In this document: positions 12,256-26,807 of the stretch, piece after piece
Layout: every line of letters begins with the position of its first letter
Position numbering within the stretch: the stretch's first letter is position 1
From: Podarcis filfolensis
Taxonomy: Eukaryota
DNA length: 64,000 bases
Reading direction: 5' to 3' (one strand)
Assembly (NCBI GenBank): GCA_964270895.1
Contig: OZ185436.1
The notes under the pieces: model-generated
The model's input: only the letters and a program-made list of their open reading frames with translations
Told to the model about the DNA's origin: nothing
The model's database searches: none
Position numbers and translations under genes: made by a program

Positions 12256-13650
12256 CATATATGCAAAATAGACACAATAAAATTAAAATCCAAAGACAGC
12301 CAGTAGTCCAAATAAAAGTAAGATTCATGATGACAGACATCATGGGCCAGCAATGATCAAGGTAAATGAAAAAGTACTGGTGTGTTCCTTGTTTTGGGGT
12401 GGGAGTGGAGCCATTGCAGCTGCTCATACACAATATAGGCACAATCTGTGATACAGTGTGACTCTAGGTGAGGGACTGGGAACTGATGGCTCACGGACTG
12501 CATCTGGCCCATGAAACCTCCTTAACCAGCCCTTTTTGGCCCTGCTCCTTCCTTCTTGATATAGGCAGCTACGGTGGGAGCAGCTACAAAAACAGACACT
12601 GCAACTGCAGTGCCCACTTCCGTCTTCCCTTTTCACCCTGATCTCAGACAAATCTGCTCCCTTCTCAGCACCGACAGCCTCTGTCTTTCCCTGGTCCTTT
12701 CCCAGTGCTTGGGAAATACAGTGGAAAGTGTAAAATGGCACTTGCTTTGATGCAATGCCATCTAACCTCTGCACAAATTATCAGGGCAAATGCTCATCAA
12801 ATAACCAGCATTGTGTGATTGCTCTGCAAATAAATCAGGATGCATGCTCAACAAGCAGGTTGCCCTGAGATGCCCTTAATTGAAAGTTTGCCAGCTTTTT
12901 ATTTGGATAGTGACTCTTGGGCTGGGGTGGAGGTTGATTCTTTGTCTTTGTGGGACAATGAATTAAACTAGTAAGATGACGATTGCCATGCAAAGATGCT
13001 TACTTGAAAATAGGTCACACCAACTTCAACTGAACTTACTTCTGAGTAAGTAAGCATAGACTTGCAGCCTTAACAACACACACATGCTTACAATCACCTG
13101 GCATATCAGCTTGGTGTGCTTCTTAGCAAACAGCTTTTATTAAGTTTCCTGTATGCCCAGAACATTATAAACGATTGCTTTATTAGCATCTGCCAAAAAC
13201 GTAAACAGAGCCATTTCATTTTGCAGACAGCTGTTCTGGCACCTGGGCCTTCATTTTCTGTTTTCCACATGCCTGCAACATGATGTGTGTGTCTCATCAA
13301 GCTGTCGTAGTGAGACCTACCAACATGAGAAAAGTGATCATGAACTTGCCACCCCATCTACTGCCATAATTTCTGTGAGAAACCGATCCAGTGGTTTTTG
13401 CTCATTAGCTTCTGCAACACTGCATGCTCATAAAGCAACCAGCTTTTCTCTTTTTTCCTCTCACGGAAGAAGCCAAATGCCTCCGATAATGCCCTCCTGT
13501 AATACAGTTTCAATGGCAATCAGATTACAATGGTTATTTCATTTCCCGTCCTGTTGGTAAGCCTGGCTCCACAGAGAAAGGCACCGAGCCATTCTTCATG
13601 GCTGCTAGCAGGAAAGGGGAAGGGGAAAATAGGAAATGGCAAAAAGATAG

Positions 13651-13824
<174 letters not shown>

Positions 13825-14164
13825 TAATCTGTAAGACTAAAAGTGTATCCCTTCTGCAGCCAACTCCTACACCCAACATACATACCCTGGATGATTTACT
13901 TTGATAGAAAGTAGATGATAGCATAGCTTCGATAGAAATAGAATTGTTAAGTGGTTGAAGTCTGTAGATTTCATAGGTCCTAGTTTTCACAGACGTACAG
14001 TAGTAAACTTTCAGAGCTGTACGACCTTCTAATTGCATTGGACTGAATGCTCCTCCTCCAAAAACAAATTCCTGTCCATAGAAAATTAGCATATCAGGGA
14101 GAAAGCTTGATTAAAATCCTTCATGCTGATACCTAGCTTTCTGCAAGGAGGGACTTTTTTTGTA

Positions 14165-14406
14165 CAGTGGTACCTTAGGTTACATACGCTTCAGGTTACA
14201 TACGCTTCAAGTTACAGACTCTGCTAACCCAGAAATAGTGCTTCAGGATAAGAACTTTGCTTCAGGATGAGAACAGAAATCGTGCTCCGGCAGTGTGGCA
14301 GCAGCGGGAGGTCCCATTAGCTAAAGTGGTGCTTCAGGTTAAGAACAGTTTCAGGTTAAGAATGGACCTCCAGAACGAATTAAGTACTTAACCCAAGGTA
14401 CCACTG
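14165..14406. mobile_element. Tc1/mariner (Tigger-like) MITE
   Basis: TIR cagtggtacct / aggtaccactg flanked by TA; internal gcttcagg(t/a)ta repeats. Confidence 0.88.
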
Positions 14407-16312
14407 TACTATGAAGGAACATTCAATCATGTGAGCCCTCCCCTCAGCCTGAAATGATACAGGTGGCCACCTCCAGTTTTAAATCTGCCTTCCTAATTAA
14501 CCCAGCTGTAAAATGTAAGTGTATCCAAGAATACTTCAAGCCAAAGGTAGGGTTGGAAAGATCTGTCGGTTTTTGTTTTCTCCGTTTCTCATTTTCTCAA
14601 TCTTAAATTCAGTTCCCCACATTTCTGCAGTAGCTCATGAGCCAAATGAGTACCACGTGGCATGGTCAGAATCTGGCCAAAAGATGCTAGCTGAGGCATA
14701 TCACCATCCTAGTATTCCACCTCCTACTCCAAATAAGATGTTTTCTCATTTGGACATAAGCAGCAGTCAGAGGATTTACAGTCTGTTTTGTGTCTCACTG
14801 GAAAAAACCAAACAAACTGCAAGTAGCTTGTACCTGGGACCCAATAAGAAACGAAGGGTCGTTTTTTTGCTGTTTGCCTTGGGATTACTGAGCCAGCCAG
14901 CTGCTTCCTTGCTGGCGACTGCAATTGTAAGCATGCAACTTGACCATAATTCTCTATAGTGGATGCACTAATAACATGGTTGCTGAATGTGATCTGGGAG
15001 TCAGGCAGCCGAGCAGAGAAGAAAACCTGATCTATGTTTCTTCAGTCAGTGCTGTTGGCAATCCTAGGTCCTGAGGTGCAGCTGACAGCCCTGTTAGTAC
15101 ACTGTTGTCTGCCAAAACAGCCAGCCATATGAGCTACCTCTTCACTAATTAGGGAGTTGTTCTATCTGTGGGCTGGCTTATTATGGGATGGGAGCTCACC
15201 ATGCATGCAAAATTTTCACAGCATGCATGCCATGTTGTTGGCATCAAATCCCACCCACAGTTTAATCCTTTCCAGGGAAAATCCAGTAAGTTTTTAAAAA
15301 CCGATTTGTGACATGTGAACGTTGGACCATTCTAGGGGAATGCGGGGCCCAGGAAAAATGACACCTTTCGGCTCTCCCCATTGCCTTCATCTCCCTTTTG
15401 CCTCTGCCACCTCCTCCTCCACCTCCCTCCCTCCCTTGCTCTAGGAAAGGAGGAGGTGGAGAACCTTCCCAGCTGGGTGGAAGGTAGCTGGGCTGGCCAG
15501 GCAGCAAGCATGCTGACTGGGACTGCCACTATCAAGTACAGGGCATCCAACATGCAGTACCTGGGGCAGTTGCCCTTAGAGACAGCCCTTCCTGAATGTC
15601 CTGTCTCCAAATCCTTGTCCCCACCTGCAATCACCACCATAAGCGATTCCTTTGCCTGTTGCTTTAAGAAACACATGCTTCATTTCTGTTATTTCGCTCC
15701 TTCTTCTCCCTCCTCCAGAATACACGTCACCCTCTATATTTCTCCCACCTACTGAAGTGCTGCTAAACTCCCTGCTCACACTCATTACCAAGAAAAATGG
15801 CCCACGCAGCCATGTGACAGGGCTCCCGCTAAGTGGCCAGGAGAGAACAGAAGCTGGTACATAAGAAGAACCTTGCTGGCTTAGACCAAAGGCATCCATA
15901 GCTCAACACCCTGTTTCCCACAGTGCTAAGCCCATGAATAGGACACAGGCCCCTCCCCTGGTTGTTCCCCACCAATTAGAGTTCAGACAGATACTACTGT
16001 TTCTGATCCTGGAAGCAGCATATATAGTGAGCATAACTAGCAGCCATTGGTGACGATAGGCTTCTAGGGGGATTTTTTTGCCCCATGTTGCATCACTTTA
16101 TACTCGCTTGGCACTGCAGTTGCCGCTCGGTCACCCATTCACTTGGTTTGGAGAGCTCTGAGCATTCCAGTTTTGTTTTCATTCACACTGAAGCACCCTG
16201 GGCTTGATGTTTAGTGCTTGAATGTACAAGTGGAAGTTCAGGAAGCAGTCTCGAGGGAAATAAATCATGTTGTATACCATGCCTTCCAATGGTGAGGGGA
16301 GCGGGGTACATA

Positions 16313-16667
16313 AAGGTAAAGGTAAAGGGACCCCTGACCATTAGGTCCAGTCGTGGCCGACTCTGGGGTTGCGGCACTCATCTTGCTTTATTGGCCGAGG
16401 GAGCCGGCGTACAGCTTCCGGGTCATGTGGCCAGCATGACTAAGCCGCTTCTGGCGAAGCAGAGCAGCACACGGAAACGCCATTTACCTTCCCGCCGGAG
16501 CGGTATCTATTTATCTACTTGCACTTTGATGTGCTTTTGAACTGCTAGGTTGGCAGGAGCAGGGACCAAGCAACGGGAGCTCACCCCGTCACGGGGATTC
16601 GAACCGCTGACCTTCTGGTCGGCAAGCCCAAGAGGCTCAGTGGTTTAGACCGCAGCGCCACCCGCGC
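16313..16667 (-). mobile_element. Sauria SINE, near full length
   Basis: Reverse complement of the 361-687 element; (aaaggt)n tail at the left end. Confidence 0.92.
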
Positions 16668-16913
16668 TGTGTATCCCACGCCTTCCCATGGTTACAGTAG
16701 CAGGGTACATAAGTATCTGCATTTCTGCTGAGCATGGGGCAGAGAGAGGAGGGCTGCACCATAAACATGCTTTCTGACCAGCATGGTTATAATTGAAAAT
16801 GTGCAGGTGGTATTTTTTAAAGACTCAGAAATTAGAAGAGGGCTAAGCAGATTTAACGGGTACTTCAGAGTTGTGCTTCTGTATGTTTATCCTCTAACCG
16901 ATTCCTCCCATAG

Positions 16914-17078
<165 letters not shown>

Positions 17079-19344
17079 TAACAAGGGACTCCATTGCTGT
17101 GAATGTTTTAAGGATCTTCAGACCTTAAGCCCAGTACGTTGTACATATCTGTTGTATAAGCTTTAGAAACCATAAACATGGTGATTATTCTGCTGCAGAG
17201 TAGGTGTATGACAGTGGTTAGTACCTCAGGGAAAAACTCCCAAATAACCACCAACCAAAACATATTCTCCTTTTTTTGAATATTTTAGAACTATCACTAC
17301 ACAGAGAGGTGGGGGGGTCACAGATGCTAGGAGTTGTAGTACAGCAACATCTGTAGGACCACAAGTTAGCCATGCTTGCCTTAAGTATGGTCTGTGTTAT
17401 TTTTCTTCTATGGGTCATTCTGCTTTGGAGTGAAGGGGCTGCATGGAAGTGAATGAGGCTCTTTCATATCTCAGCTCAGGAAGCTTCAGTTTGATAATCA
17501 AAATATGGAACAGGATTGCTGCACTTCTAAATGGGATAATGCACCATAATGAATGCAGTGTAAATACATATTAGATAGGAACATGATAACCTGCAGCAGT
17601 GTTACAAATGTCTGAGGGGGACTCCTGTGGGATCCACTACACACTCCATCTTCCCGGAACACCTGCCTCCCAGAAAGGAGCAAAATGTTTTGCTAGAAAG
17701 CAACAGGCACCAGCCTATCTGTGCCTGAGTATGGGTGCAATCATGAAGTACTCTCGGACCAGGAAGCCTTCATTAATTGCAACTGAAGAATGCAGGCATA
17801 TCAATTACAGTACAATTTTATTACTAATTAGGCGTGGGAGCACATTTGATGTGGTTGATGCATTTGATTATAATCTTGGCCAATCATAACTAAGAATTTA
17901 AGAACCTCGGCTAGGAGAAGGAAGGGTCTGAGAAGTATGGTGATGTGGCATTCAAAGTCCCAGCTTTTTTCTGGCTTGGGTTAAGGAATTCCTTGCCATG
18001 TGTGTGAGGTCAAGGTGTGGGGAAGAACAAGCACCAATTTGTTTCGATTCAGCGGTAAACAAAAGACCCATGTTTCCATATATCTGGTCCCTTTGGAACT
18101 CCTGTATGACTGACAGGCAGGCTTGGTAAAAAAATACTGAGAAACGTTCTAGCCACCTTAGTTCCATAAATAAGCTTCTGGAAACTAAAGGCTGAGAAAG
18201 CAAACCCCCCAAACGGCAATCTGTCATGCTTTGTAAGAGGCTAAGTAAATACATTACTGAAAGAAACGGAACACACCAACCATTTATGGTTTGTTGCCTT
18301 TTGTGTAAAAGGTGTGAGGATTTTGTGTAGCTGAAATATACAAAGCATTTTTAGATCCAGTTGCTCCAATATAGTCTTCAGTTCTAAAAATGCCACCCGC
18401 CCTGATTTTGACTACGTAGAGTCCCCTGACTTAACTGAGTTACGATGGCCAATATGTTTAGCTAAACTATATTAGCTCTTCTCCCCTGAGGTTTCTTTTA
18501 CTGAGTTAGTGGCATATCTTCAATTTGTTTAGCCATTTAATTGCATTTTCTAAAAAGTCTACTTGGGTACTAGATGTGGTTTAATGAACTCACGATAACT
18601 TGCAGCTATAAATGTAACTTACTAAGGTCATCATAACTTACATTGCTATTGTATCTTTGAGCTGTAGACATAGGCTGTTAAGGGAATCCATTTATAATTT
18701 CTCAAACCACAAATACATTTTGGCAGATGCAATTTGTTAGGGGAGGGGGCATAACTCAGTAGCACAGCACAAACCTTTGCATGCAGAAAGTCCCAAAAGG
18801 ATCTCAGCAACAAGGCTAGAAGAGATCCTTCTGTTAGCTCAGAAAATGCTGTCCTAGATGGGGTAGCAGCCTATTTTCTGAGGGGCAAACTAGGACTGCA
18901 TAGACACTCGGGAAAAACAAACATGTCCATTTTGATTTCTCATTTTACAGTGTTAAATTCAATGCTCCACTTTTCTACATCGGTTTACGATTATTATTAT
19001 TTTTCAATCCTCACAAACATTCATCAACCTTTTAGTATGGCTTCTGCTGTACACATTTTTATATGGGGCAGGCTTAACTTAGTGCATTAAGTGGTTCAGC
19101 TCCTTAGCAAGCAACCTAACATTCCACCTTGAAGGCAGGATCTCTCCCATCTGTTCACACCTCCCTTGGTACCTCCAGGAGCTAGGTGATGGAGGGAGTG
19201 TCTCTGCCCCCTCTGGAGAGGAAGGGTTAGATCCAACATAGTGAAAGGCATTGCGGAGGTGAAAGAGATAGCTGTGAAGCTGGCCATTGAGTTCTTATGG
19301 GGCTGGTTTGGGGGCTTCTCCCCTTTGGACTATTTTCTAAAGAT

Positions 19345-19850
19345 TATTATTATAATTATTATTTATTGAATTTATATACCGCCCTATACCCAGGGGTCTC
19401 AGGGCAATTCACAGAATAAAATCAAGATATAAAACCACAAAATGAATGAAAATGAAAACCTAATGAAAATGAAAACAGCAACCCAATATCCCCCCCAAAA
19501 GAAAACACATTTTAAAAGAGCCTAGGATGTAAATCGGATCAACCAAATGCCTGGTTAAAGTGGAACGTTTTTGCCTGGCGCCTAAAGGTGTATAATGAAG
19601 GCGCCAGCCAAACCTCCCTGGGGAGAGCATTCCACAGAAGGGGAGCCACTGCAGAGAAGGCCCTTTCTCGTGTTGCCACCCTCCTGACACCTCGAGGAGG
19701 AGGCACATGAAGAAGGGCCTCAGAAGATGATCTCAGGGTCCAGGTAGGTTCATATGGAAAGAGGTGGTCCTTGAGGCATTGCGGTCCTGAGCTGTTTAAG
19801 GCTTTATGGGTCAAAACCAGCACTTTGAATTGGGCCCGGAAACCAATATC
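19345..19850 (-). mobile_element. L2-type LINE 3' fragment with ORF2 C-terminus
   Basis: ORF 19539-19823 (LVLTHKALN ... ERAFSAVAPLLWNALPREV ... FRRQAKT) resembles the L2 ORF2 tail; (aat)n 3' tail. Confidence 0.8.
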
Positions 19851-20126
19851 AGGTTACCACAAGACTACCTACACTTTTCTCTTGTGGATGGGCAGTGAGG
19901 TTGTGGCACTAGCTCTACAAGCACAGGAAGACTTGAATCAGAGGTGTTAGGAGTGATTTTCAGCAAAGGTGCTCCAGGATAGCATGTATCTAGTGCAGAA
20001 CAAACACTAGGTTCAGTGGGAATATTAGAGAGCAATTCTCTTTTCCCATTCGACTGATAGCTGCGTTGTGCTTTTTGCTGAAGACTCCGCTGGACCCCAT
20101 GATGTGTAACTAGCTGCATATTGTAA

Positions 20127-20231
<105 letters not shown>

Positions 20232-22747
20232 TGAGGTTATGTTTCGAAAGTGGCTAAACAGGCAAGATAAATCTTTAAGGAATGAGATGGAGGCCGCTGT
20301 GATTCTCTCCCCATCTTTCGTACTGTGTGCAGTCCCTAGCTTGTTCACAGGGCTTGGTTACCTCTGAGATATGTCAGTGCTGCTGTGTGAACTAGTGTCA
20401 GTGGACTGATAAACTCTACAGGAAACAGAATTCTAGTAGCACATCATGCAAGAGGATGTGAGCATTCATTGTCATCCTCTGCCGTGGATCAAATGGAAAG
20501 CCAGAATTCTTTACCCCCATGTGAGCCAGTGTGGTGCAATGGCTAGAGTGCTGTGTGACCTTAGAGCAGTCACAGTCTCTCCACACAGCCTAGCTCACAG
20601 GATTGTTGTGATGATAAAATAAGGGATGCTTTTCGAAGGGAAATATTTTATGCTCTGTATTTGAATGCAGTTGTGAAAGCACTGGCATGGCTCCCTCCCC
20701 ACTTCAGCGCTCCCTCTGATGGGTTGTTGTCCTTAAAACTCTTAGTAAAAATAGCAAAGTTGTTCTGGTCAATATGACAAACTCATGTATGAATCTGTGA
20801 CTCCGCAATCATGTGTACTAGAGGAAACCATAGGAATGTTTTGTAAGCGATGGGCTGAAAATCTTACAACCAAAACCCTACTCCTATGACCTGTGGGAGG
20901 AATGGCTAGCTAGCTGAATGAGCTTTTAGCAGCCAGGAAGCATTATGCTACAAAGTTTATGGATTTATGGGATTAGCATTCACCAGAGAGTAACTTCCAC
21001 AAGAGCAATTTGGAGATTAAAAATTGTGTTTCTGGATGTTTGTTAACTTGGAGAGTCCATTATATTCCCCCCCTCACCATAGCATCAAGGAGTCTCTCAT
21101 TCATTAATCTATTTATCCTCCTCATTCTTTTGAGACTCAGGGAAGAGCTCTTATCCATATTGTGCAATGAGAAAAGGAAACATAGTAAGCCTAAATCACT
21201 TGTGTAACCCAAACAAGTAGTTACAGTAGAGCAGAAAGCGAACGCAGGTGGCCTGAATTAAACTTTATGAATGGGTGCTATTTCAGATGGAATGCGTTCC
21301 TTTCTGGCAAAGCACCTGGCTTCCTATGGCATGTGTTTTTTTAAAAAAATATTTGATGTGAATAATGAACCACAAAGATCTTCTGAATGGTAGGAACTGA
21401 AACTGTGTCCTGGTGCAATGACTTAACATGCAGTCATCCCCTCAGCAGGGCCACTTCTGAAGAATAAGAGTCTTAAGGGGAGTCTCAGGCAGTCTCTATG
21501 AGAAAGTCCGCTTCTCAACAGTCATATGTTGCTCATCATGCAAGTTCAGTGATTTAAAAATAAATAAATCAGATAGTGCTCTCAAAAAAGGACAAGCCTT
21601 CTCATGAGGCCAGATTGTATGTGTATGTTGCCTATTTGGCATGTTGATGCCTCAGTGACTCACTTAATTAAACGTTTTACCTTCAGCCTCATTTTCACAG
21701 CACACACATGGAAGGAACAGTTTTTCCTGTGTTGGGTTGCAGAATGTTGTAGGAAACAGATGAGGAGCATACACCTGATGTTACATTTTCATTCCAAAAG
21801 AATCTTTGAGCAGGGTCTGATGTGTCTGAATGTTGCATTACTGCTGCTAGCATGCATAATGGTGCCAATCCTTGCAAAAGTTTGCCAAGGCATTCCCAGA
21901 TGTTCTAAGTTCAATTCCCACATACAAAAAAACTATTAGAGTGGAAGAAAATTTCCTGGGCAGCATATATGCAGTACAGAAAGAGAGGGGGCATTGTGAT
22001 GTGTGTTGTTGATAAAGAAATTTCTTCAAAATAATAAACCTCAGACAGTGTTTTGGGTGTCTGAGATCAGACATAGGGACCTGATAGTGTGTAAGAGAAC
22101 AGGTAGAAATGGTAGGTGAGAAATAGGAATTCTTCCTTGTCCCACCCAAGTTCAGTTGTATGAACTGATATGGAGGAAAGACTGGGCTTAAACAAGCCCA
22201 CAGAGCAGACTGCAGTGTTGCGGTTCCTGGATGTTGTTACTTAGCTAGGATGGATGCTGTTCTGGACACTTGACAAGATACTTTTTACTAACTGGATTCA
22301 GGGTATCTGACAATTAAATGGCAAGTGATTTCTTTGTTTGGGACAGAGGGTGCTTCCCTCAGATAACAACTGGACAAGAAACAGCTTCCTCAAAGCATTA
22401 GATTTTTTGCAGTAAGGAAAGTGACGGGGGAACACACTGAAAAATGTGTGTTAACACTTGCTTTGACTCTAACCTACCCACAAGTTAATGAGTGAATGCT
22501 AATTAAATAGCCAATTGCTCAATGAGCTGGTCATTTGTTAGTGCCCCCTGTCAGGCAGGTTCTGATGCTAACTGACGACTCAGCCTGAACTATAAAAATG
22601 CTCTTACTTACCATTGACAATTCAGACAAGAAGGAGCCTTTTCACATCCTCTTCAGTTTTGAGTCTCACCGGCTCACAGCTGCTCCAGGCTTCTGAGTCA
22701 CTGAACTAACCCCTTTTCCCACCTGTGAGTGGCTGGAGCTTACATAA

Positions 22748-22933
<186 letters not shown>

Positions 22934-24457
22934 TGAAGAGTTCTCAACTCCCGCTTTGTTTTGTACACACAGAGAGACAGAGCACCAGGTCTGAAAGCTT
23001 ATTTGAGAACCAGTGCGGTGAAGTAGTTAGTAGGTTGGACTCTGAGACCTGGACTCAAATCCCTATTCACCTGTGATGCTCCCTGAGTGAACTTGGGCCA
23101 GTCTCAGTCTCTTGGCCTAACCTACCTCACAAGTTTGTTGTGAGGGAAAAAATATAGTGAGCTAAGTGGGGATATTTCTTTTCCTTTTTTTAAAGGAAAT
23201 AATTTGTATCTATTTATTTCATGGGTTTGTAGATCACTCTTTAAGCAATTGGTTTACAACAGTAAAAGAAAGAAGGAAATCAGAAAAAGCCAATTAAAGC
23301 ACAGGCCCCCCCCCCTAATAAATAAAAGCAGAGGTTTAAATGGTTAAAACTCAAAGCTTAAAAAGCTTGGGAGAATAAAAAGGTATTTTCCTGTTGTTGA
23401 AAAGATAGCCAGGTGAGAGTCTCTGGGGAAAGGATTTCCATAACTAAGTGACAATTAAAATATCCCTTTCTTTGGTTACAACTTCCCTCACTTCAGGAAC
23501 ACCCTTGCTGACCTCAATGTGCAGGCAAGCTTATGTAGGAACAGGTTTTCTTCAGGTAACTGATCCCAAGGCATGCAGGGCTTTTGATAGTGCTGTGAGT
23601 TTTGTAGGGGGAGTAGGCTGTATGCCAATCCCTTTCTAATACCTGCACCCCTCCTTCTAATTCTTGGAATAGTCAGGCTAGCTTCCAGGTGAGGCAATAG
23701 CCTGGGTGACGGGCCATTAAGGGAACAAAGAAAGTGGATCTGGGCCAGATGGCAAATGGGGCGACCTAGAATGAACATGCAAATTGCAGCCACGCACCTG
23801 GCTCCAGCTTTACCCACCAAGTGGATGAACGTAGAAAATAAAAGTTTACAAAGTTCAGTTGTGAAAATCCACACCAAAAAGATACTGGTCAAAGTACTGA
23901 TAGTGTCTAGCTGCCAACCTCTTTCACCCCACTCTGTGACCATTCAAGGGCAAGGCCTTATGGCTTCCCCTCAGTGCACACAAAGGCCAAAAGGGCCATG
24001 CAACGGGGCTGCTCCGTGGATGTTTTTATTTTTTGCTGTGTGTGTTAACAAGCTGGCAAACCTGCAGCTGGATGGCAGTTCAGCAGAGAACAGGGTTTGG
24101 CAGAGCATTTTCAGCACCTGGCCCCCACCCAGTGGTCATTCTGTGCTATGTTTACTGCCTTGTATTGACTGTGATTAGCAAGAAATGCACCCAGCCTTAA
24201 GGTTGGTCATGTGAAACTGTTTTTTTGTTTTGTTTTAAGAAAAGCTGCTGGGTGGAAATCAGTGGTAAAAATATTAACAAACTCTTACAGTATCCTGTGC
24301 ATGTCAGAGACCATTTCCTACAAAAATGGATGCTTTTATCCCTTCCCTATCTCAAATCCGCATTATTGTATCGTGTGAAAAAGAGAGTGTGCAAATAGGC
24401 CAAACTGCATGATGCAAAAAAGGAGGGGGAGCTCCTGATCAGATTGTTATGAGTAGT

Positions 24458-25551
<1,094 letters not shown>

Positions 25552-26723
25552 TGATTAATAAGCATTGTATCACATGAGGTACATGCCATAGGTATATGCT
25601 TATTATTGGCAACTGGTTATGTGGCTCCAAAAAAACACTGAACCATTTGCTGATTGCACTTATTAAGTGTCTGTGTTCATGCAGTCCACTTATAGCAATC
25701 AAGACGGGCTCCCAGGAAAAAAAACAGCTTCAGAGGAACGCAAAGCACATAATGTTTAAAATCACTTTTCCTGTTTTCCACCAGACCTAGTTATTCTGAT
25801 CTACAGAAATAACAGTTTGAGATGCACTTTTACTATTTCCACAGCCCGTATTGTAACTCAGCTGTGCTCTTGGAATAAAACTGTTACAGAGGACTTTGAC
25901 AAGTTTATTTTTAATAATAATAAAATAACTCTAGCTCTCATCCACTCAGAATCAGGAAGCCTATATAGGATGATTTCCCCAAACCCCACTGCTTATCATT
26001 AAAGCAATATCCTCAGTTTCCTGGAACATTTTTTTACTTGTGTACTTCTGTCTATCTAGTGTTGCTGCCTACATAGATTGCTAAACTATGGGTTTCCTTC
26101 CCAAGGGGCTGGAACATTTATATTCAGGTCTTTGCTTTGAATGTCCGTTGTGCTCGAAAAGGACAATAATCTGAGCCATCAGTGCATAAGAGAATCAAAC
26201 TGGGGAGGGTTACCTAAGCCACCATCAACCTAACGAACCATCTCCAGAATCTCTGGTGTAGCAAAATAAGGAACAAATGAATAAGCAGGAAAACTAGTTT
26301 GCACAAACCATTAAAGTTTTATTTGCTACTGCTTGGAGAATTCAAACATATGCCTAATATATGAGTGCACATTCAAGAGACACAGAGATGGTGCAGAGTT
26401 CAGACTTGAATGTATAGCCATGAAATAACCATCCTGCACAAAGGTGTAAGAAGCTGAGAGTTATCTAGGCTAACCCACTGCACAAAGGCTGGAGTCTCCA
26501 AATAGAGGCTCCCCAAAATATTTTACTGATCTCACCTGGTTACAATGGGCAGGGAACAAGTTCTGATTAGGACACATGGGTTCATGCAAACCAAGGAATA
26601 TCACAAGTAAAAGAAGCCAGGTTGCTTAAAAAAAAAAAGGCAGGGTGTGTGTGTGGGGGGGGGAGAGACCTCTCTATTTTCTATTCCCTTCCATTTCTGA
26701 GCAACTTTCTTTTTGCCTTACAG

Positions 26724-26807
26724 CACCGTTCCACCGTGGCATCTTGCATGCACAGGCAGGAGACTGTGGACTGCTTGAAGAAGTTCAATGCCAGAAGGAA
26801 GCTAAAG
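26724..26807 (+). CDS. CAMK2A: CAMK2A exon 11 (84 nt) [28 protein letters not shown]; Thr286 codon at 26763-26765
   Basis: Autoinhibitory segment with RQET autophosphorylation site; ttttgccttacag acceptor, gtaatc donor. Confidence 0.97.

Noticed and set aside
12665-12679. REST/NRSE-like TCAGCACCGACAGCC
   Set aside because: Both half-sites are present but the 3-nt spacer of the canonical motif is missing; not supportable without binding data.
14519-14959. 146-aa ORF (and the 151-aa ORF at 23488-23943)
   Set aside because: Non-ATG starts, no recognisable homology or splice structure, intronic; consistent with chance.
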